The notes under the pieces are model-generated. The model had not been told where the DNA came from and did no database searches. It was given only the letters and a program-made list of their open reading frames with translations. Shown piece after piece: positions 49,468-59,515 of a stretch of 64,000 nt of DNA. Both the position numbers and the translations under genes were made by a program. The stretch covers positions 8,818-72,817 of the forward strand of contig CAJQIG010000001.1 in NCBI GenBank assembly GCA_905478415.1. Direction: 5' to 3'. This stretch comes from an uncultured Patescibacteria group bacterium. Lineage in GTDB: Bacteria > Patescibacteriota > Microgenomatia > UBA1400 > PJMF01. Each line of letters starts with the position of its first letter. Within the stretch, counting starts at the first letter, position 1.

Positions 49468-50055
49468 TTACAGCTCTACTTTAGGATCTTGGGTTTCACT
49501 GGTAGAAACACTGACGTGTTCTCCGCTCATAGGTGTAGTAATGCCTTTTTCTTCTTTAAATCCAAAGATCATTGCTACTAAGTTTGATGGGAAGACGACT
49601 AGTTTTTGGTTGAAGTTTTGACTCAGGTCAATCACAGTTCGACGGGCATACATCAACTTGTCTGCAGTGTCGGTAAGTTCACTCATGAATTTACTAATTG
49701 TTTGGTCAGATTTAAGTTCGGGATTGTCCTCGACAGCTACCTGAATTTTAGGAACTACTTGGCTGATCTGTGCAATTGCAGAATCAATATCTTTAGCATC
49801 ACCAGATTTTTGAGCGGCTTCAACAGATTTGCGAGCATCAGTCAACATTTTGAAAATAGTTTTCTCTTGTTTGAGATGTCCTTTAACGGCTGCCTGTAGG
49901 TTTGGGATTAAGGAAGCCTGACGTTTAAGTTGGTTCCCAATTTCTTGAATGCTTGCAGTGATTTGAGTTTTAAGAACCTGTAGACCGTTATACACAGAAA
50001 TAACGTACACAGCGATAACAGCTCCAGCGGCAAGTGCAATTCCAATATAGTTCAT
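49468..50055 (-). CDS. lemA: LemA family protein
   Basis: N-terminal TM plus the LemA helical domain; canonical lemA-htpX pairing. Confidence 0.75.
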   Translation of the reverse strand: MNYIGIALAAGAVIAVYVISVYNGLQVLKTQITASIQEIGNQLKRQASLIPNLQAAVKGHLKQEKTIFKMLTDARKSVEAAQKSGDAKDIDSAIAQISQVVPKIQVAVEDNPELKSDQTISKFMSELTDTADKLMYARRTVIDLSQNFNQKLVVFPSNLVAMIFGFKEEKGITTPMSGEHVSVSTSETQDPKVEL

Positions 50056-50206
50056 AGTAGCTCCTTATTTTTTTCAGTACTCCTTCTATTGTACACTATT
50101 GTGGAAAGTCAGGTGCGACTAGCAGTTGGCAATCGAGCACATTTCAAGTATAATTTGGATTCTGTGTTGAGACAAAGTTGTTTTTAACACACTTAACATA
50201 TTTTAT

Positions 50207-50283
50207 GGCCCCGTGGTGTAGTGGTTAACATGTCTCCCTGTCACGGAGAAGATCACCGGTTCGATCCCGGTCGGGGTCGCAAG
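50207..50283 (+). tRNA. tRNA-Asp (anticodon GTC)
   Basis: GGCCCCGTGGTGTAGTGGTTAACATGTCTCCCTGTCACGGAGAAGATCACCGGTTCGATCCCGGTCGGGGTCGCA cloverleaf, GTC anticodon. Confidence 0.85.
50263..50280 (+). repeat. 18-nt direct repeat, copy 1 (tRNA-Asp 3' end)
   Basis: gatcccggtcggggtcgc recurs exactly at 51109..51126. Confidence 0.7.
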
Positions 50284-50294
50284 AAATAAGAAAT

Positions 50295-50318
50295 GAACCC
50301 AACAGGGTTCTTTTTTTT
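50295..50318 (+). terminator. rho-independent terminator after tRNA-Asp
   Basis: gaaccc-aaca-gggttc hairpin followed by T8. Confidence 0.55.
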
Positions 50319-50476
50319 GTTGGATATTTTGATAATTAAGTCCTATAGTTATTGACTTTGTGATAATTTTGTTATATACTTATTGAGATTTTAGAAACCT
50401 TTTATTATTGTATTGCACACAAAAAGTATTTGAAATCATTTATATTGTTCGTTAATACAAGTTTGCACGGAGGTGC

Positions 50477-50743
50477 ATGATGGCTAACTATGTTCCAGAA
50501 AGAACGTGGGACGCAGCTAATGGAGACCTCGATAACGCAGAGGTTCACCTGAGGCTGTGGTTGAAAGAAGTTGGATATCATGGGAAAGTGGTTTTAGGCA
50601 TGAATCGAGCTGATCGTTTAGATTACTTTGATTTTGACCTAGATAGGCCTTCAGGAGTTTTTTTAGTTATGAAAGATTCCGTAGGTACCATCCACGACAA
50701 TTACAACTGGCTTAAAAAATTTAAGCAACAAAACCCTGAGTAA
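50477..50743 (+). CDS. hypothetical 88-aa protein inside the repeat-bounded mini-insertion
   Basis: ORF only. Confidence 0.3.
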   Translation: MMANYVPERTWDAANGDLDNAEVHLRLWLKEVGYHGKVVLGMNRADRLDYFDFDLDRPSGVFLVMKDSVGTIHDNYNWLKKFKQQNPE

Positions 50744-51108
50744 TCAACTCCATCGGACAAAAATATGAGCCACCTGCGGGTGGCTCATTCCATATTTAAA
50801 ACTAGTTTGTTCCATAAACAACTAGGAAATAAAATAGTTGTTAGTAGATAGATATCCTACATTCTCAGGTGTAAACCAATTCTCCATCACCTCCACAATC
50901 CTCTCAAGTGAGTTATGCATTAGTTCCACCCAATTTGGCTCTAGTTCGCCAAAGCAAAGAAATGAATTCGAAAGGATTCTTTTTTTTGCTTGATGATTTC
51001 AAAACTGAGTTGTGTCTCACGTTCCGCCAGCAAGAAGTGAGCACCTGCGAACTGCCTGCTTAGTGCATGTGAGCTTCCTAAAGTGGAAATAAATAGGAGC
51101 GAATCGTA

Positions 51109-51126
51109 GATCCCGGTCGGGGTCGC
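51109..51126 (+). repeat. 18-nt direct repeat, copy 2 (att-like duplicate of tRNA-Asp 3' end)
   Basis: gatcccggtcggggtcgc identical to 50263..50280; the flanking ttcttttttttg motif also recurs at 50308..50320 and 50979..50992. Confidence 0.7.
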
Positions 51127-51151
51127 CAAACAAATGTTTTATATTTATATA

Positions 51152-51676
51152 TCAGCTATTATTATCAACAGTTTCACTTAAAACATTCACCAATTTAGTG
51201 TTATTCCATTGGCTAGTATTGTAGATGATCCCAGGCTTCTTATTAAGAACATGGTTAAAATAATATTTTACTGGTTCAAAAACGTTTTCAAGGTTTTTAG
51301 CTTTATCAATTTCAATCCAATGAGCTTTGCCTTCTTCAACACCAGTATTTAGTTTTGGAGATTCAGTTAGTTCTACTAGAAAAGCAAATGCCACGTACAT
51401 TTCTCCTCGGTCGAGATGGTGATGCATTGCTACAACTTTAAGTTGAATATTTTCTGGTGTAATTGTTACGCCAGTTTCTTCCTTAGTTTCTCGAATTGCA
51501 GCAGCAAGTGGATCTTCTCCTTCGTCAACATGTCCTCCTGGAAGAGACCAAAATCCTGGAAACTTTTTCTTTGTTTCACTTCTTTTGAACATCAACACTT
51601 TGTCTTGATGAAGAATGTAAACTTCAGCCACAAAAATGGGTTGAGCTATTTCATGGAGGCGTTTTGGAGTTTTCAT
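51152..51676 (-). CDS. NUDIX hydrolase
   Basis: Nudix box GGHVDEGEDPLAAAIRETKEETGV. Confidence 0.75.
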   Translation of the reverse strand: MKTPKRLHEIAQPIFVAEVYILHQDKVLMFKRSETKKKFPGFWSLPGGHVDEGEDPLAAAIRETKEETGVTITPENIQLKVVAMHHHLDRGEMYVAFAFLVELTESPKLNTGVEEGKAHWIEIDKAKNLENVFEPVKYYFNHVLNKKPGIIYNTSQWNNTKLVNVLSETVDNNS

Positions 51677-51924
51677 AGTATTTTACTTTAGCATATTGCT
51701 GTGTATGTGCCAACAGTAACCAGTGAAAATACGAAACTAATAGGCAGCGAAAAACGTAAGATACATCTGTATTATAGTCCTATAGCTTTTATTATGATTC
51801 ATTGGTATAATGTATATAAATTTGATACAGAAATACAGTTCATTTACTTGATAAATATTTTTGTATTGAGTTGCTTATTCTTGCTTTTTAATTTTTATAT
51901 ATGTAAATATTTACTTAAGTGTAA

Positions 51925-52233
51925 ATGTTTATAAGGAGCTGTGATATGAGTAGTTTGCGCCCACAAGCATTGCAGATTAACAATATATTAACTTCAGATC
52001 AACTAATATCACTTATTTCTGATGACATCCCCCTGATTATACTTTTACAGCCCTCAGGGGTTACACATATTTTTTCGAAAGTAGAATGTGACTTTGGAGA
52101 ACTCGTAGAGGCCGTTAGTATTCGGAAAATTGGAAGTGTTGAAGTTTTTGAGTATCGCTTCAAAATTCTTCTAGCATCACCGAATCGTATTTTTCCAATC
52201 ATTCGGCTTGCAGGGTATCAGATTGTAACTTAA
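51925..52233 (+). CDS. hypothetical protein
   Basis: ORF only; preceded by a very AT-rich 250-bp spacer. Confidence 0.25.
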   Translation: MFIRSCDMSSLRPQALQINNILTSDQLISLISDDIPLIILLQPSGVTHIFSKVECDFGELVEAVSIRKIGSVEVFEYRFKILLASPNRIFPIIRLAGYQIVT

Positions 52234-52250
52234 AAAATGAGAGCGAGAAA

Positions 52251-52284
52251 AGAGGCACCCGTTAAACGGTGCCTCTCTTTTTTT
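52251..52284. terminator. bidirectional rho-independent terminator
   Basis: agaggcacccgtt-aa-acggtgcctct hairpin followed by T8; lies between convergent genes. Confidence 0.6.
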
Positions 52285-52356
52285 ATTTCAATCTTGAGTT
52301 TTATAAGCTTGTGGTGTGCAACTAATTAGATCTCTAGTAGGGTTTTTATTTAATTC

Positions 52357-52791
52357 TTAAAAATCTAGTACTCCTGTTGACTCCTTATTTTTAAGATAAT
52401 TAATTCCAGCCAGATGTCCTGGTAAAATATTTTGAGGTAAAGCATCTACATTAAACCATTCCCAACCTTCACATTTATCAGGTTCCATCAATTGTAGTGT
52501 GTTGGTCCAATCGGTGCATACAAATAGAAAGTGAACAAAGTCTTGGTCTTCATTCTCTTGCCACTCTTTGATAACGACTAGAGAGCGAGTGTTTTTGGCT
52601 TTCAAGTTAGTTTCTTCTAGTAGCTCTCTGTTAACAGCATTTAAAAGTTTTTCTCCTTTTTTTATTCTTCCGCCAGGTAGTCCATAGTGACCAGCTTTGA
52701 AAGCGTTTTTTCGTTTACCAAGTAAAATTTGGTTGTTAGTGTTTAGAATAATGATGGCTGTTCCAATTGGCTGGTGTTTGATTCTTTGCAT
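52357..52791 (-). CDS. NUDIX hydrolase
   Basis: Nudix box PGGRIKKGEKLLNAVNRELLEETNL. Confidence 0.75.
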   Translation of the reverse strand: MQRIKHQPIGTAIIILNTNNQILLGKRKNAFKAGHYGLPGGRIKKGEKLLNAVNRELLEETNLKAKNTRSLVVIKEWQENEDQDFVHFLFVCTDWTNTLQLMEPDKCEGWEWFNVDALPQNILPGHLAGINYLKNKESTGVLDF

Positions 52792-52879
52792 ACCACTATA
52801 GTATCACTAGATTGTGTAGGCACTGTTTTAGTATAAAAAAAAGCCAGAACGTGATGTTCTGGCTTTTGCTATTTTAAAT

Positions 52880-53401
52880 TTATTCTCTGTTTGTTGCCAA
52901 AAGTGGCATTGACAGGTTTGCTGTCAAGTGCCCCAAAATTGCTGGGAATAGGCTGCTATTCCACGCAACAACAAACCAAACAATTCCCAAGAAGAATCTG
53001 TTAATTATAACATCTTCTCCTGGGTGAAGGACTAAAAAGGCAAGCGCTTGTAATAAGCAAACAATTACCAGGATTGTGATAACTTCACTACCTAATGCTC
53101 CCGAATAGAATATCCACAATTTAGCTATGAGTACAGCCAACTGACGGAATACTCCCTCTTCAAGAATACTCAATGGTAGTGACAAACTGAGGCCGGTTTC
53201 TGGAATGACCTGATCACTCAACAATGCCAGTCCGGCGTTAATGATGAGTGATAGAGCGATCGAAACCATGCTCCAAATAACTAGGTTATTTGGGTTAAAA
53301 TAAAAACTAACAAAAAATTGTCCCGGATAGAAATAATAAGTGATAATTGCCACTACTATGTTTATGACAACCCATTTTAAAATAATCGAAATGTTTCTCA
53401 T
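52880..53401 (-). CDS. CPBP (CAAX protease / Abi) family intramembrane metalloprotease
   Basis: EEGVFRQ motif 1 and HLTAN-type motif late, multi-TM. Confidence 0.6.
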   Translation of the reverse strand: MRNISIILKWVVINIVVAIITYYFYPGQFFVSFYFNPNNLVIWSMVSIALSLIINAGLALLSDQVIPETGLSLSLPLSILEEGVFRQLAVLIAKLWIFYSGALGSEVITILVIVCLLQALAFLVLHPGEDVIINRFFLGIVWFVVAWNSSLFPAILGHLTANLSMPLLATNRE

Positions 53402-53658
53402 CTACTCCCTCCAAGTATTAGGAATGATTTTTTTTGAATAAATAGAATTAAATAGCAAATGTGCTTTTTACACACATAAATATATTATAGGACGTTTTAT
53501 TACCTTTGTCAAGTAACTAGCCAAGAAACCAGAAGTGTAATTGCAACTTTATAATCTGTATAATTCAGTACTAAACATAAAATATCATCTTCTCCAGATT
53601 CACTTTTTACAATTTTTCTTTATACTACTTCTATCTGCTGGAGTTGCAGTTGCCATTA

Positions 53659-53731
53659 GCCGAGATAGCTCAGTTGGTAGAGCGGCGGTATCGTAAACCG
53701 TAGGTCAGGGGTTCGAATCCCCTTCTCGGCT
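53659..53731 (+). tRNA. tRNA-Thr (anticodon CGT)
   Basis: GCCGAGATAGCTCAGTTGGTAGAGCGGCGGTATCGTAAACCGTAGGTCAGGGGTTCGAATCCCCTTCTCGGCT cloverleaf. Confidence 0.85.
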
Positions 53732-53742
53732 CAGCTTCCCCT

Positions 53743-54495
53743 TTGACAAGTCAAATGATTTGCTATAATGATCTCATGGTACGAACAAAAGCTGTTTCTT
53801 CAAGAAAAGTTAGAAAAGAAAAAAAGAAAGCCTTGCGGCAGTCACTGGCCCTGCTTGGAGTTTCGGCTCTGATCTTATTATCATTTATTTTTGTTATTAT
53901 TCCTGGATTTATTACAGGTTTTAATTCGTTTTTGGATACTTCAAATCCATTTCAACCAAGCGATGTAATACCACCTCAAGTTCCAATCTTGTCAGCACCA
54001 GTTGACGCTACCTTTAGTGCTCAAATTTCTGTAGTGGGTTTTGGTGAACCAGAGAGTACACTCATATTTGTCCTGAATGGTGAGCCCGAGCCTGAATTGA
54101 CAATTGGTGATGATGGTTCTTTCGAACGAGAACTACAGCTGATAGAAGGTGAAAATACTATTGCTGCCTATTCTATCGATGAATCTGGGAACGAATCTGA
54201 AATCAGTAAATCTTTCACTACGGTCTTTGATTCTGAACCTCCCCTGCTCGACGTTTCGGGTATTGAAGATGGTCTTACTGTCGAAACCAAGAAAAATCAA
54301 AATTTTACCGTAAGTGGTAAGACTGATCCTGGAGCAAAAGTGTATATCAATGGAAGAGTATCTTTTCCAACCAGCGAAGGAGATTTCTCACAGAAGTTTC
54401 TTTTAAATGAAGGTGAAAATACTCTGACTATCGAAGCCATTGATAAAGCTGGTAATAAAACCAGTGCTGAGAAGAAAATTACCTATATTCCCTAA
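53743..54495 (+). CDS. membrane-anchored extracellular protein with Ig-like (Big-type) beta-sandwich repeats
   Basis: N-terminal TM anchor, then repeated patterns TVSGKTDPGAKVYINGRV...GENTLTIEAIDKAGN typical of bacterial Ig-like domains. Confidence 0.4.
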   Translation: MTSQMICYNDLMVRTKAVSSRKVRKEKKKALRQSLALLGVSALILLSFIFVIIPGFITGFNSFLDTSNPFQPSDVIPPQVPILSAPVDATFSAQISVVGFGEPESTLIFVLNGEPEPELTIGDDGSFERELQLIEGENTIAAYSIDESGNESEISKSFTTVFDSEPPLLDVSGIEDGLTVETKKNQNFTVSGKTDPGAKVYINGRVSFPTSEGDFSQKFLLNEGENTLTIEAIDKAGNKTSAEKKITYIP

Positions 54496-55690
54496 CTACT
54501 GCTGCAAAGCCGAGGAGGCTGGTCAGTAGCACAAATGGTTGAAAAGCTGTGTTGTTAAAGCAACTTAAGAGTAGCAGTATCCCTATAAAGTAAACGAGTG
54601 TTTTCTCACCTTGGAGTACTAGTACCTGCATTCCTTTTAGAAGTGCATAGATCCAGGCAGCAAGCCCTAAAATACCACTGCTTTCTAAAATGAAAAATAG
54701 CAGTGAGTTATTTACTTTTGCTTGGTTGGGGACTTCCAGAATCCCACTAGTAGAAGTAGTGTTTTGCACTGTCGAATAGAACAAACCTTTTCCAATGATC
54801 CACTCTTTACGGGTGCGTGGGAGATGTTCTTTGACTGATGCAATCCGGGCAGTGATAGTTGCTGTTCTGAGAAGGTTAGTGCCCTCTCCTCCGGTTGAAC
54901 GTGCCATAAATACTACAGTGATAATACCAATGGTAACTAAGCCGCTACCAAGTTTATTTTTAAGTATGGATTGACGAATCTTTTTTGAATGAGCAGTGAG
55001 AGCTAGTGCTGTCAAAGCATATCCTAAGTAGGTAGCCCGAGAAAATGTTAAAAGAATTCCAAGAGAAAAAAGTACAATACATCCTGTTTTTACGAGTGAA
55101 TGTTTGGCCAAGAATGTGGAGTGCCAGGTAACAAAGGCAGAAATGAGTAACAGAGCCCCTAAAAACGCGGGGTCAAGTTGTGTGCCGATCATTCGGTAGT
55201 AGTGGTCATCAAAACCGAGAATAAAAAGGAAGCGAGTATCTGGAATGAGAATAAGTTGTAGAAATCCAAGTACTACGCTGATAAGTCCCAAACTAATAAG
55301 GGCTTGTTCAAAGTCTTTTTTCGTCAGTGAAGTTGTAGTTGCAAGTAGATACACGAAAATACCATAAAAGAGTGTTCTGAGGAGGTATAACAAGGGAAGT
55401 AACGCTGGTTGTTGCAGTTGGGCAAGTAAAAAAGCAGAGCTAAGAATAAGTAGTACAGGAATAAAAAAGTTAAAAGCAAGTATTTTTTTACTGAGATCGG
55501 TAACAGCAGACATTACTTTTTCACGATTTGTTAGGAGTAACGAGATACACCAAAGTGTTATAAAAATATCATGAGGATACAGGCGAATGTCTGGTAATAG
55601 GGTTACTCTTCCGAGTTGTCCCAGTGCCAAGAGGCCTACAAGTATCCAGAGTCCTTTTTTTTGTATTGTTTTATGTAGTAGTTTGTTCAT
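54479..55690 (-). CDS. O-antigen ligase / Wzy-like polytopic membrane protein
   Basis: At least 10 TM helices with a loop region resembling the Wzy_C family; sits in a polysaccharide cluster. Confidence 0.5.
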   Translation of the reverse strand: MNKLLHKTIQKKGLWILVGLLALGQLGRVTLLPDIRLYPHDIFITLWCISLLLTNREKVMSAVTDLSKKILAFNFFIPVLLILSSAFLLAQLQQPALLPLLYLLRTLFYGIFVYLLATTTSLTKKDFEQALISLGLISVVLGFLQLILIPDTRFLFILGFDDHYYRMIGTQLDPAFLGALLLISAFVTWHSTFLAKHSLVKTGCIVLFSLGILLTFSRATYLGYALTALALTAHSKKIRQSILKNKLGSGLVTIGIITVVFMARSTGGEGTNLLRTATITARIASVKEHLPRTRKEWIIGKGLFYSTVQNTTSTSGILEVPNQAKVNNSLLFFILESSGILGLAAWIYALLKGMQVLVLQGEKTLVYFIGILLLLSCFNNTAFQPFVLLTSLLGFAAVVREYR

Positions 55691-56417
55691 AGGTGTATAT
55701 GCGGACTAAGAGTGAATGAAGACTCATCATGCAAGAGTAGACTAAACCTCGGTATCCATCTAAAAAACCAAAGAGAAAGAAAAAGGTATACAAAAACTTT
55801 ATCGGTGGATACAAAATAAGTTCAACTAAAATGCTTGTTGTAAATGGAGTGCGGGTGCGAGCAATTTCTTTTGCATAGATAGTGATATCTCTCATAAACT
55901 GAGTAATCGAAGTGTGAGAGAAATGGTGCACCTTTAAGGAACTGTCTGAAGTCTGACCATCGATGATAGCAACTTCATGAATAGCATGTTCAAAATGAGC
56001 AAAGTCCCGCTTCATTAAGCGGATAATTTTTTGATTTCCAGCTTCTCCGTGATGTAATTGCCTTCCAAGAAAGATGTCGCTTCGAGTGATTGTGTATCCA
56101 GCACTGTTATTTTCAAGTAATGAACGGACTTTTTTAGGATCAAATGGCTGGAGTACTTCGTCGCTATCAAGGAAGAAAACCCAATCTTGTGATGCTGTTT
56201 TAAGTGCCTTATTTCGGATAGCAGCAAAGTTTGTAATTTGGCCAGCTGCTATTTTCTTTACCGTAAAAGAATACTGGGTATGTAGTTGGTCCCAATTATT
56301 TTGACTAGTATTGTCATACACAAGAACTTCGGCACAGTCTTGCACTGATTGAAGAGCTTGTAGGAAGGTGGAGTCAGCTCTATGGGTGAGTATGATTGCG
56401 GTAAGAGGGAGTTTCAT
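55671..56417 (-). CDS. family 2 glycosyltransferase
   Basis: GT2 pattern VLVYDNTSQN ... FFLDSDE (DxD). Confidence 0.65.
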   Translation of the reverse strand: MKLPLTAIILTHRADSTFLQALQSVQDCAEVLVYDNTSQNNWDQLHTQYSFTVKKIAAGQITNFAAIRNKALKTASQDWVFFLDSDEVLQPFDPKKVRSLLENNSAGYTITRSDIFLGRQLHHGEAGNQKIIRLMKRDFAHFEHAIHEVAIIDGQTSDSSLKVHHFSHTSITQFMRDITIYAKEIARTRTPFTTSILVELILYPPIKFLYTFFFLFGFLDGYRGLVYSCMMSLHSLLVRIYTYEQTTT

Positions 56418-57673
56418 GATGATGTAAAGAGGTTACGTACTCCCCAAATCAATAACGGTAGTGAAATAACTCGAGAGATAATCAAGGCTAGTGCTGCGCC
56501 CATCAGTCCATCATCCTGACTCATCTTTACAATCAGGGGAACAAGAACCAGCAGTGTCACCAATAAGTACGAATTTACGTATTTAAATTTTTTGGTCGCC
56601 ATAAGAAGTGATGAAAAATTGACTGAAACTGCCTGGAGGAAACCAGCTAGTGCCAAAAAAGGCACATAGGGGGCAACTTGTAACCACTCGGGACCGAGTA
56701 CAACTCTGACAATACTGGTGGGAAAGAAGAATAATGGCAGTGAGAGCGCAGCTGCAATTCCCAGTGTGACTGCAGAGGAACGCAAAAATGCTCTGAGGAG
56801 TCGTTGCTTATCTTCCGCAATTTTAGTATAGATTGGCAGCGTGCCATGCTGAGCTGATTTGGCTACTTCATAGTTAAGCTTGTGTCCAATGCTGTAGCCA
56901 TTGTGGTAGAGACCGAGGTTGCGGGTTCCAATGGTCTTTCCCAGGATGAAGTTATCGATGTTTTCGTGTGTATATGAGAGCAACGCAGAGATACTTAACC
57001 ACCGAGCGTTTGCATAGATAGTTTGAGCTCGGCTGTGAATGTATTTAAATGTTGGTTTTGCTGCAAAGAAAAGGAAGGAGATCAAAACTTCGAAAAGAGC
57101 AGTTCCAATCATGGCAAGTACCAGTGCCATAAATGATTGGAGCCAGAGTCCTAAAAGAATGGCGAGAAGTACATCAGCAATGCTGAGTGAGAGCCTGTAG
57201 ACACTGTCTTTGAAGAAGAGTAACTCTTTATGAAGAGAGACGATACTTGGGTTGATAAAGCCTTTGATAAGTGGCACTAAGGCTGCAATGGCAATGTAGG
57301 TGGGTAAGAGTGGTTCATTGTAGAATGATCCCATAAATAGTCCTAAGATAATCATTAATATGGCAATGATAAAACCTCTAATAATGGCAATAACCCATGC
57401 AGTGTCTAGAAAATAACGGACTGACTTTTTTGATTGTAGAATAGTAAAGTTAATACCGGTTTCGGTAAATGCTTCGACGAGCCCAAGAGCGATGGTGATC
57501 AGAGAAAACATGCCAAAGTCGTTTGGAGAAAGAAGACGAGCTAAGACAAATATTTTAATCACTGAGAGCCCATTTTGAATGAGCTTCAAGAGTGTTTGCC
57601 AACTGAATCCCGAAATAGCGTTTTTTGTATACCCCATGCTCTCATTATAGCCATTCTTTTCAAAAAAAGACAC
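56414..57673 (-). CDS. polysaccharide biosynthesis / oligosaccharide flippase (Wzx/MOP superfamily)
   Basis: About 12 TM helices, 419 aa, conserved N-terminal region of the MOP flippase family. Confidence 0.6.
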   Translation of the reverse strand: MSFFEKNGYNESMGYTKNAISGFSWQTLLKLIQNGLSVIKIFVLARLLSPNDFGMFSLITIALGLVEAFTETGINFTILQSKKSVRYFLDTAWVIAIIRGFIIAILMIILGLFMGSFYNEPLLPTYIAIAALVPLIKGFINPSIVSLHKELLFFKDSVYRLSLSIADVLLAILLGLWLQSFMALVLAMIGTALFEVLISFLFFAAKPTFKYIHSRAQTIYANARWLSISALLSYTHENIDNFILGKTIGTRNLGLYHNGYSIGHKLNYEVAKSAQHGTLPIYTKIAEDKQRLLRAFLRSSAVTLGIAAALSLPLFFFPTSIVRVVLGPEWLQVAPYVPFLALAGFLQAVSVNFSSLLMATKKFKYVNSYLLVTLLVLVPLIVKMSQDDGLMGAALALIISRVISLPLLIWGVRNLFTSS

Positions 57674-57733
57674 TCTCGAGTAAGTTTGTTTTGACCTTGC
57701 AATATAAATGTATTTTGAGGATAATTTGAAGAT

Positions 57734-58306
57734 ATGAACCCACTTAAAGCACTTTCTAGTTTTTTTCTTGACATGGTTGAAACTGTTGTCATTGGATTAT
57801 CAATATTTTTAGTTGTGTACCTCTTTTTTATGCAACCTCATCAGGTAAATGGCCAGTCGATGGTGCCAAACTTTCAGAGTGGTGAGTATGTGTTAACGGA
57901 TAAAGTCAGTTACCGCATGGGTGATCCAGTCCCAGGAGATGTGGTTGTTTTTCATGCTCCAGAAGCTGCTCACTGTCCAGAAGGAACAGGCTGTGATTTT
58001 ATTAAGCGGGTTATTGCTCTTCCTGGCGATACTATTGAGCTAGTAGACAGTAGTTATATTGTTAATGGCACTGCTTTACCAGAACCTTATATTCCTGCTG
58101 ATTTTGAGACACAACCGGGAATGTTTATAAAAGAACGGACTATTACCTTAGGACCTGATGAATACTTTGTTTCGGGTGATAACCGTCCCTACTCTTCTGA
58201 CTCAAGGGCATGGGGACCAATTAGTAAGAGTGACATTGTTGGAAAAGCCTTTTTCCGCTATTGGCCAATAGACAAGTTGGGCGTGCTTGAAAAAATCACC
58301 TACTAA
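57734..58306 (+). CDS. lepB: signal peptidase I
   Basis: S26 boxes GQSMVPNF (Ser), KRVIALPGD (Lys), GDNRPYSSDSRAWG. Confidence 0.85.
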   Translation: MNPLKALSSFFLDMVETVVIGLSIFLVVYLFFMQPHQVNGQSMVPNFQSGEYVLTDKVSYRMGDPVPGDVVVFHAPEAAHCPEGTGCDFIKRVIALPGDTIELVDSSYIVNGTALPEPYIPADFETQPGMFIKERTITLGPDEYFVSGDNRPYSSDSRAWGPISKSDIVGKAFFRYWPIDKLGVLEKITY

Positions 58307-58312
58307 AGATGC

Positions 58313-59152
58313 TTAGCTAGTTGGTTTTTTTCCAGTAGTAATCTCAATTAATTTTGCAATATCTTTATCTGTTTTGTTAGGCTCGCCTTTAAGCGTGATA
58401 ATTATTCTTGTTTGTTTACTGGTTCTTTGAAGTTTGACCACAGACTTTGATGTTAAGAGTTTCTTGAGATCACGTTCCCAATTCTTTACTTCTTTCAGGG
58501 CGACAATAGATGGCTTCCGAACTTGTTTTTGATACTTGCGTTGTCCTAGGTCTTCTTTGGCAATTCGTGCCATTTGCTCTGCCTGTCTGACGGAGGCGTT
58601 TGTTTTGAGGATTTGTTTATAGACTTGTACCATCCTGTGTGGGTCACTTATGCCAGATATAGCACGGGCATGTCCTTCATCAATCAGTCCACCCAAAAGT
58701 CCATCTTTGATGGCATCAGGGAGCTTGAGGAGTCGGAGTGAGTTGCGGACATAAGGTTCTGATTTACTGACGCGTTTTGCTACTTCTGCTGAAGTATAGC
58801 CAAATGTTCGTTTGAGTTGTTGGAACGCTTGCGCCCGTTCAATTGAACCTAAATCCACACGTTGGACGTTCTCAATAATGGCCATCTCTAACATTTCTCG
58901 ACGAGTTACCTTTTTGACAATAACGGGAACAGTTTTAAGACCGACTTGTTGTGATGCTCTCCACCGGCGCTCACCTGCAATAATTTGGTAGCCAGCAGGT
59001 GTTTGGGTAACCACGAGTGGTTCGAGGACTCCAAACTGTTCTATAGAGCTGGAAAGTTCACTTAAATCTTCTGGTTTTATCAAGTCGCGAGGTTGAAATG
59101 GATTTGCTTGAAGTAGAGAGATATCGAGTTCGGTAATTTTTGTTTCTTGCAT
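58313..59152 (-). CDS. parB: ParB/Spo0J-family partition protein
   Basis: ParB box GERRWRA and HTH region; start taken at MQETKITELD (the track ORF is 14 codons longer). Confidence 0.8.
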   Translation of the reverse strand: MQETKITELDISLLQANPFQPRDLIKPEDLSELSSSIEQFGVLEPLVVTQTPAGYQIIAGERRWRASQQVGLKTVPVIVKKVTRREMLEMAIIENVQRVDLGSIERAQAFQQLKRTFGYTSAEVAKRVSKSEPYVRNSLRLLKLPDAIKDGLLGGLIDEGHARAISGISDPHRMVQVYKQILKTNASVRQAEQMARIAKEDLGQRKYQKQVRKPSIVALKEVKNWERDLKKLLTSKSVVKLQRTSKQTRIIITLKGEPNKTDKDIAKLIEITTGKKPTS

Positions 59153-59245
59153 TGACTCAAAGTATATCAATGTATGTTGCTTTTTTCTACACAAAAAAAG
59201 CTAACAGGATGAGTGTTAGCTTTTCAATTTTTAAGTAAATCTTTA

Positions 59246-59503
59246 TTATGCAGTGAAAACATTTACAACAGTTTTTCCAAACCGTTTACTAAAAGTAACT
59301 GCTCCTTCAATCATAGAGAAAATTGTGTGATCTTTACCCATACCAACGCCCTTACCGGCTTTGTATTTGGCTCCACGTTGACGTAAAATGATGTTTCCTG
59401 GGATGACTCTTTCACCACCAAATTTTTTAACACCAAGACGTTTTCCATGGCGTCTACCTTGTTTCTGTTGTGCTACTTTTCCACCTGCTTTAACGTGTGA
59501 CAT
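59246..59503 (-). CDS. rpmA: 50S ribosomal protein L27
   Basis: [11 protein letters not shown]...RQRG.K...G...G.DHT L27 signature. Confidence 0.9.
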   Translation of the reverse strand: MSHVKAGGKVAQQKQGRRHGKRLGVKKFGGERVIPGNIILRQRGAKYKAGKGVGMGKDHTIFSMIEGAVTFSKRFGKTVVNVFTA

Positions 59504-59515
59504 ATAGGCCTTTTG

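Noticed and set aside
51677-51924. Very AT-rich 250-bp spacer with short tttatat / ttaata iterations
   Set aside because: Looks like generic AT-rich promoter or intergenic DNA; no clear repeat periodicity or DnaA-box-like motif that would support an origin call
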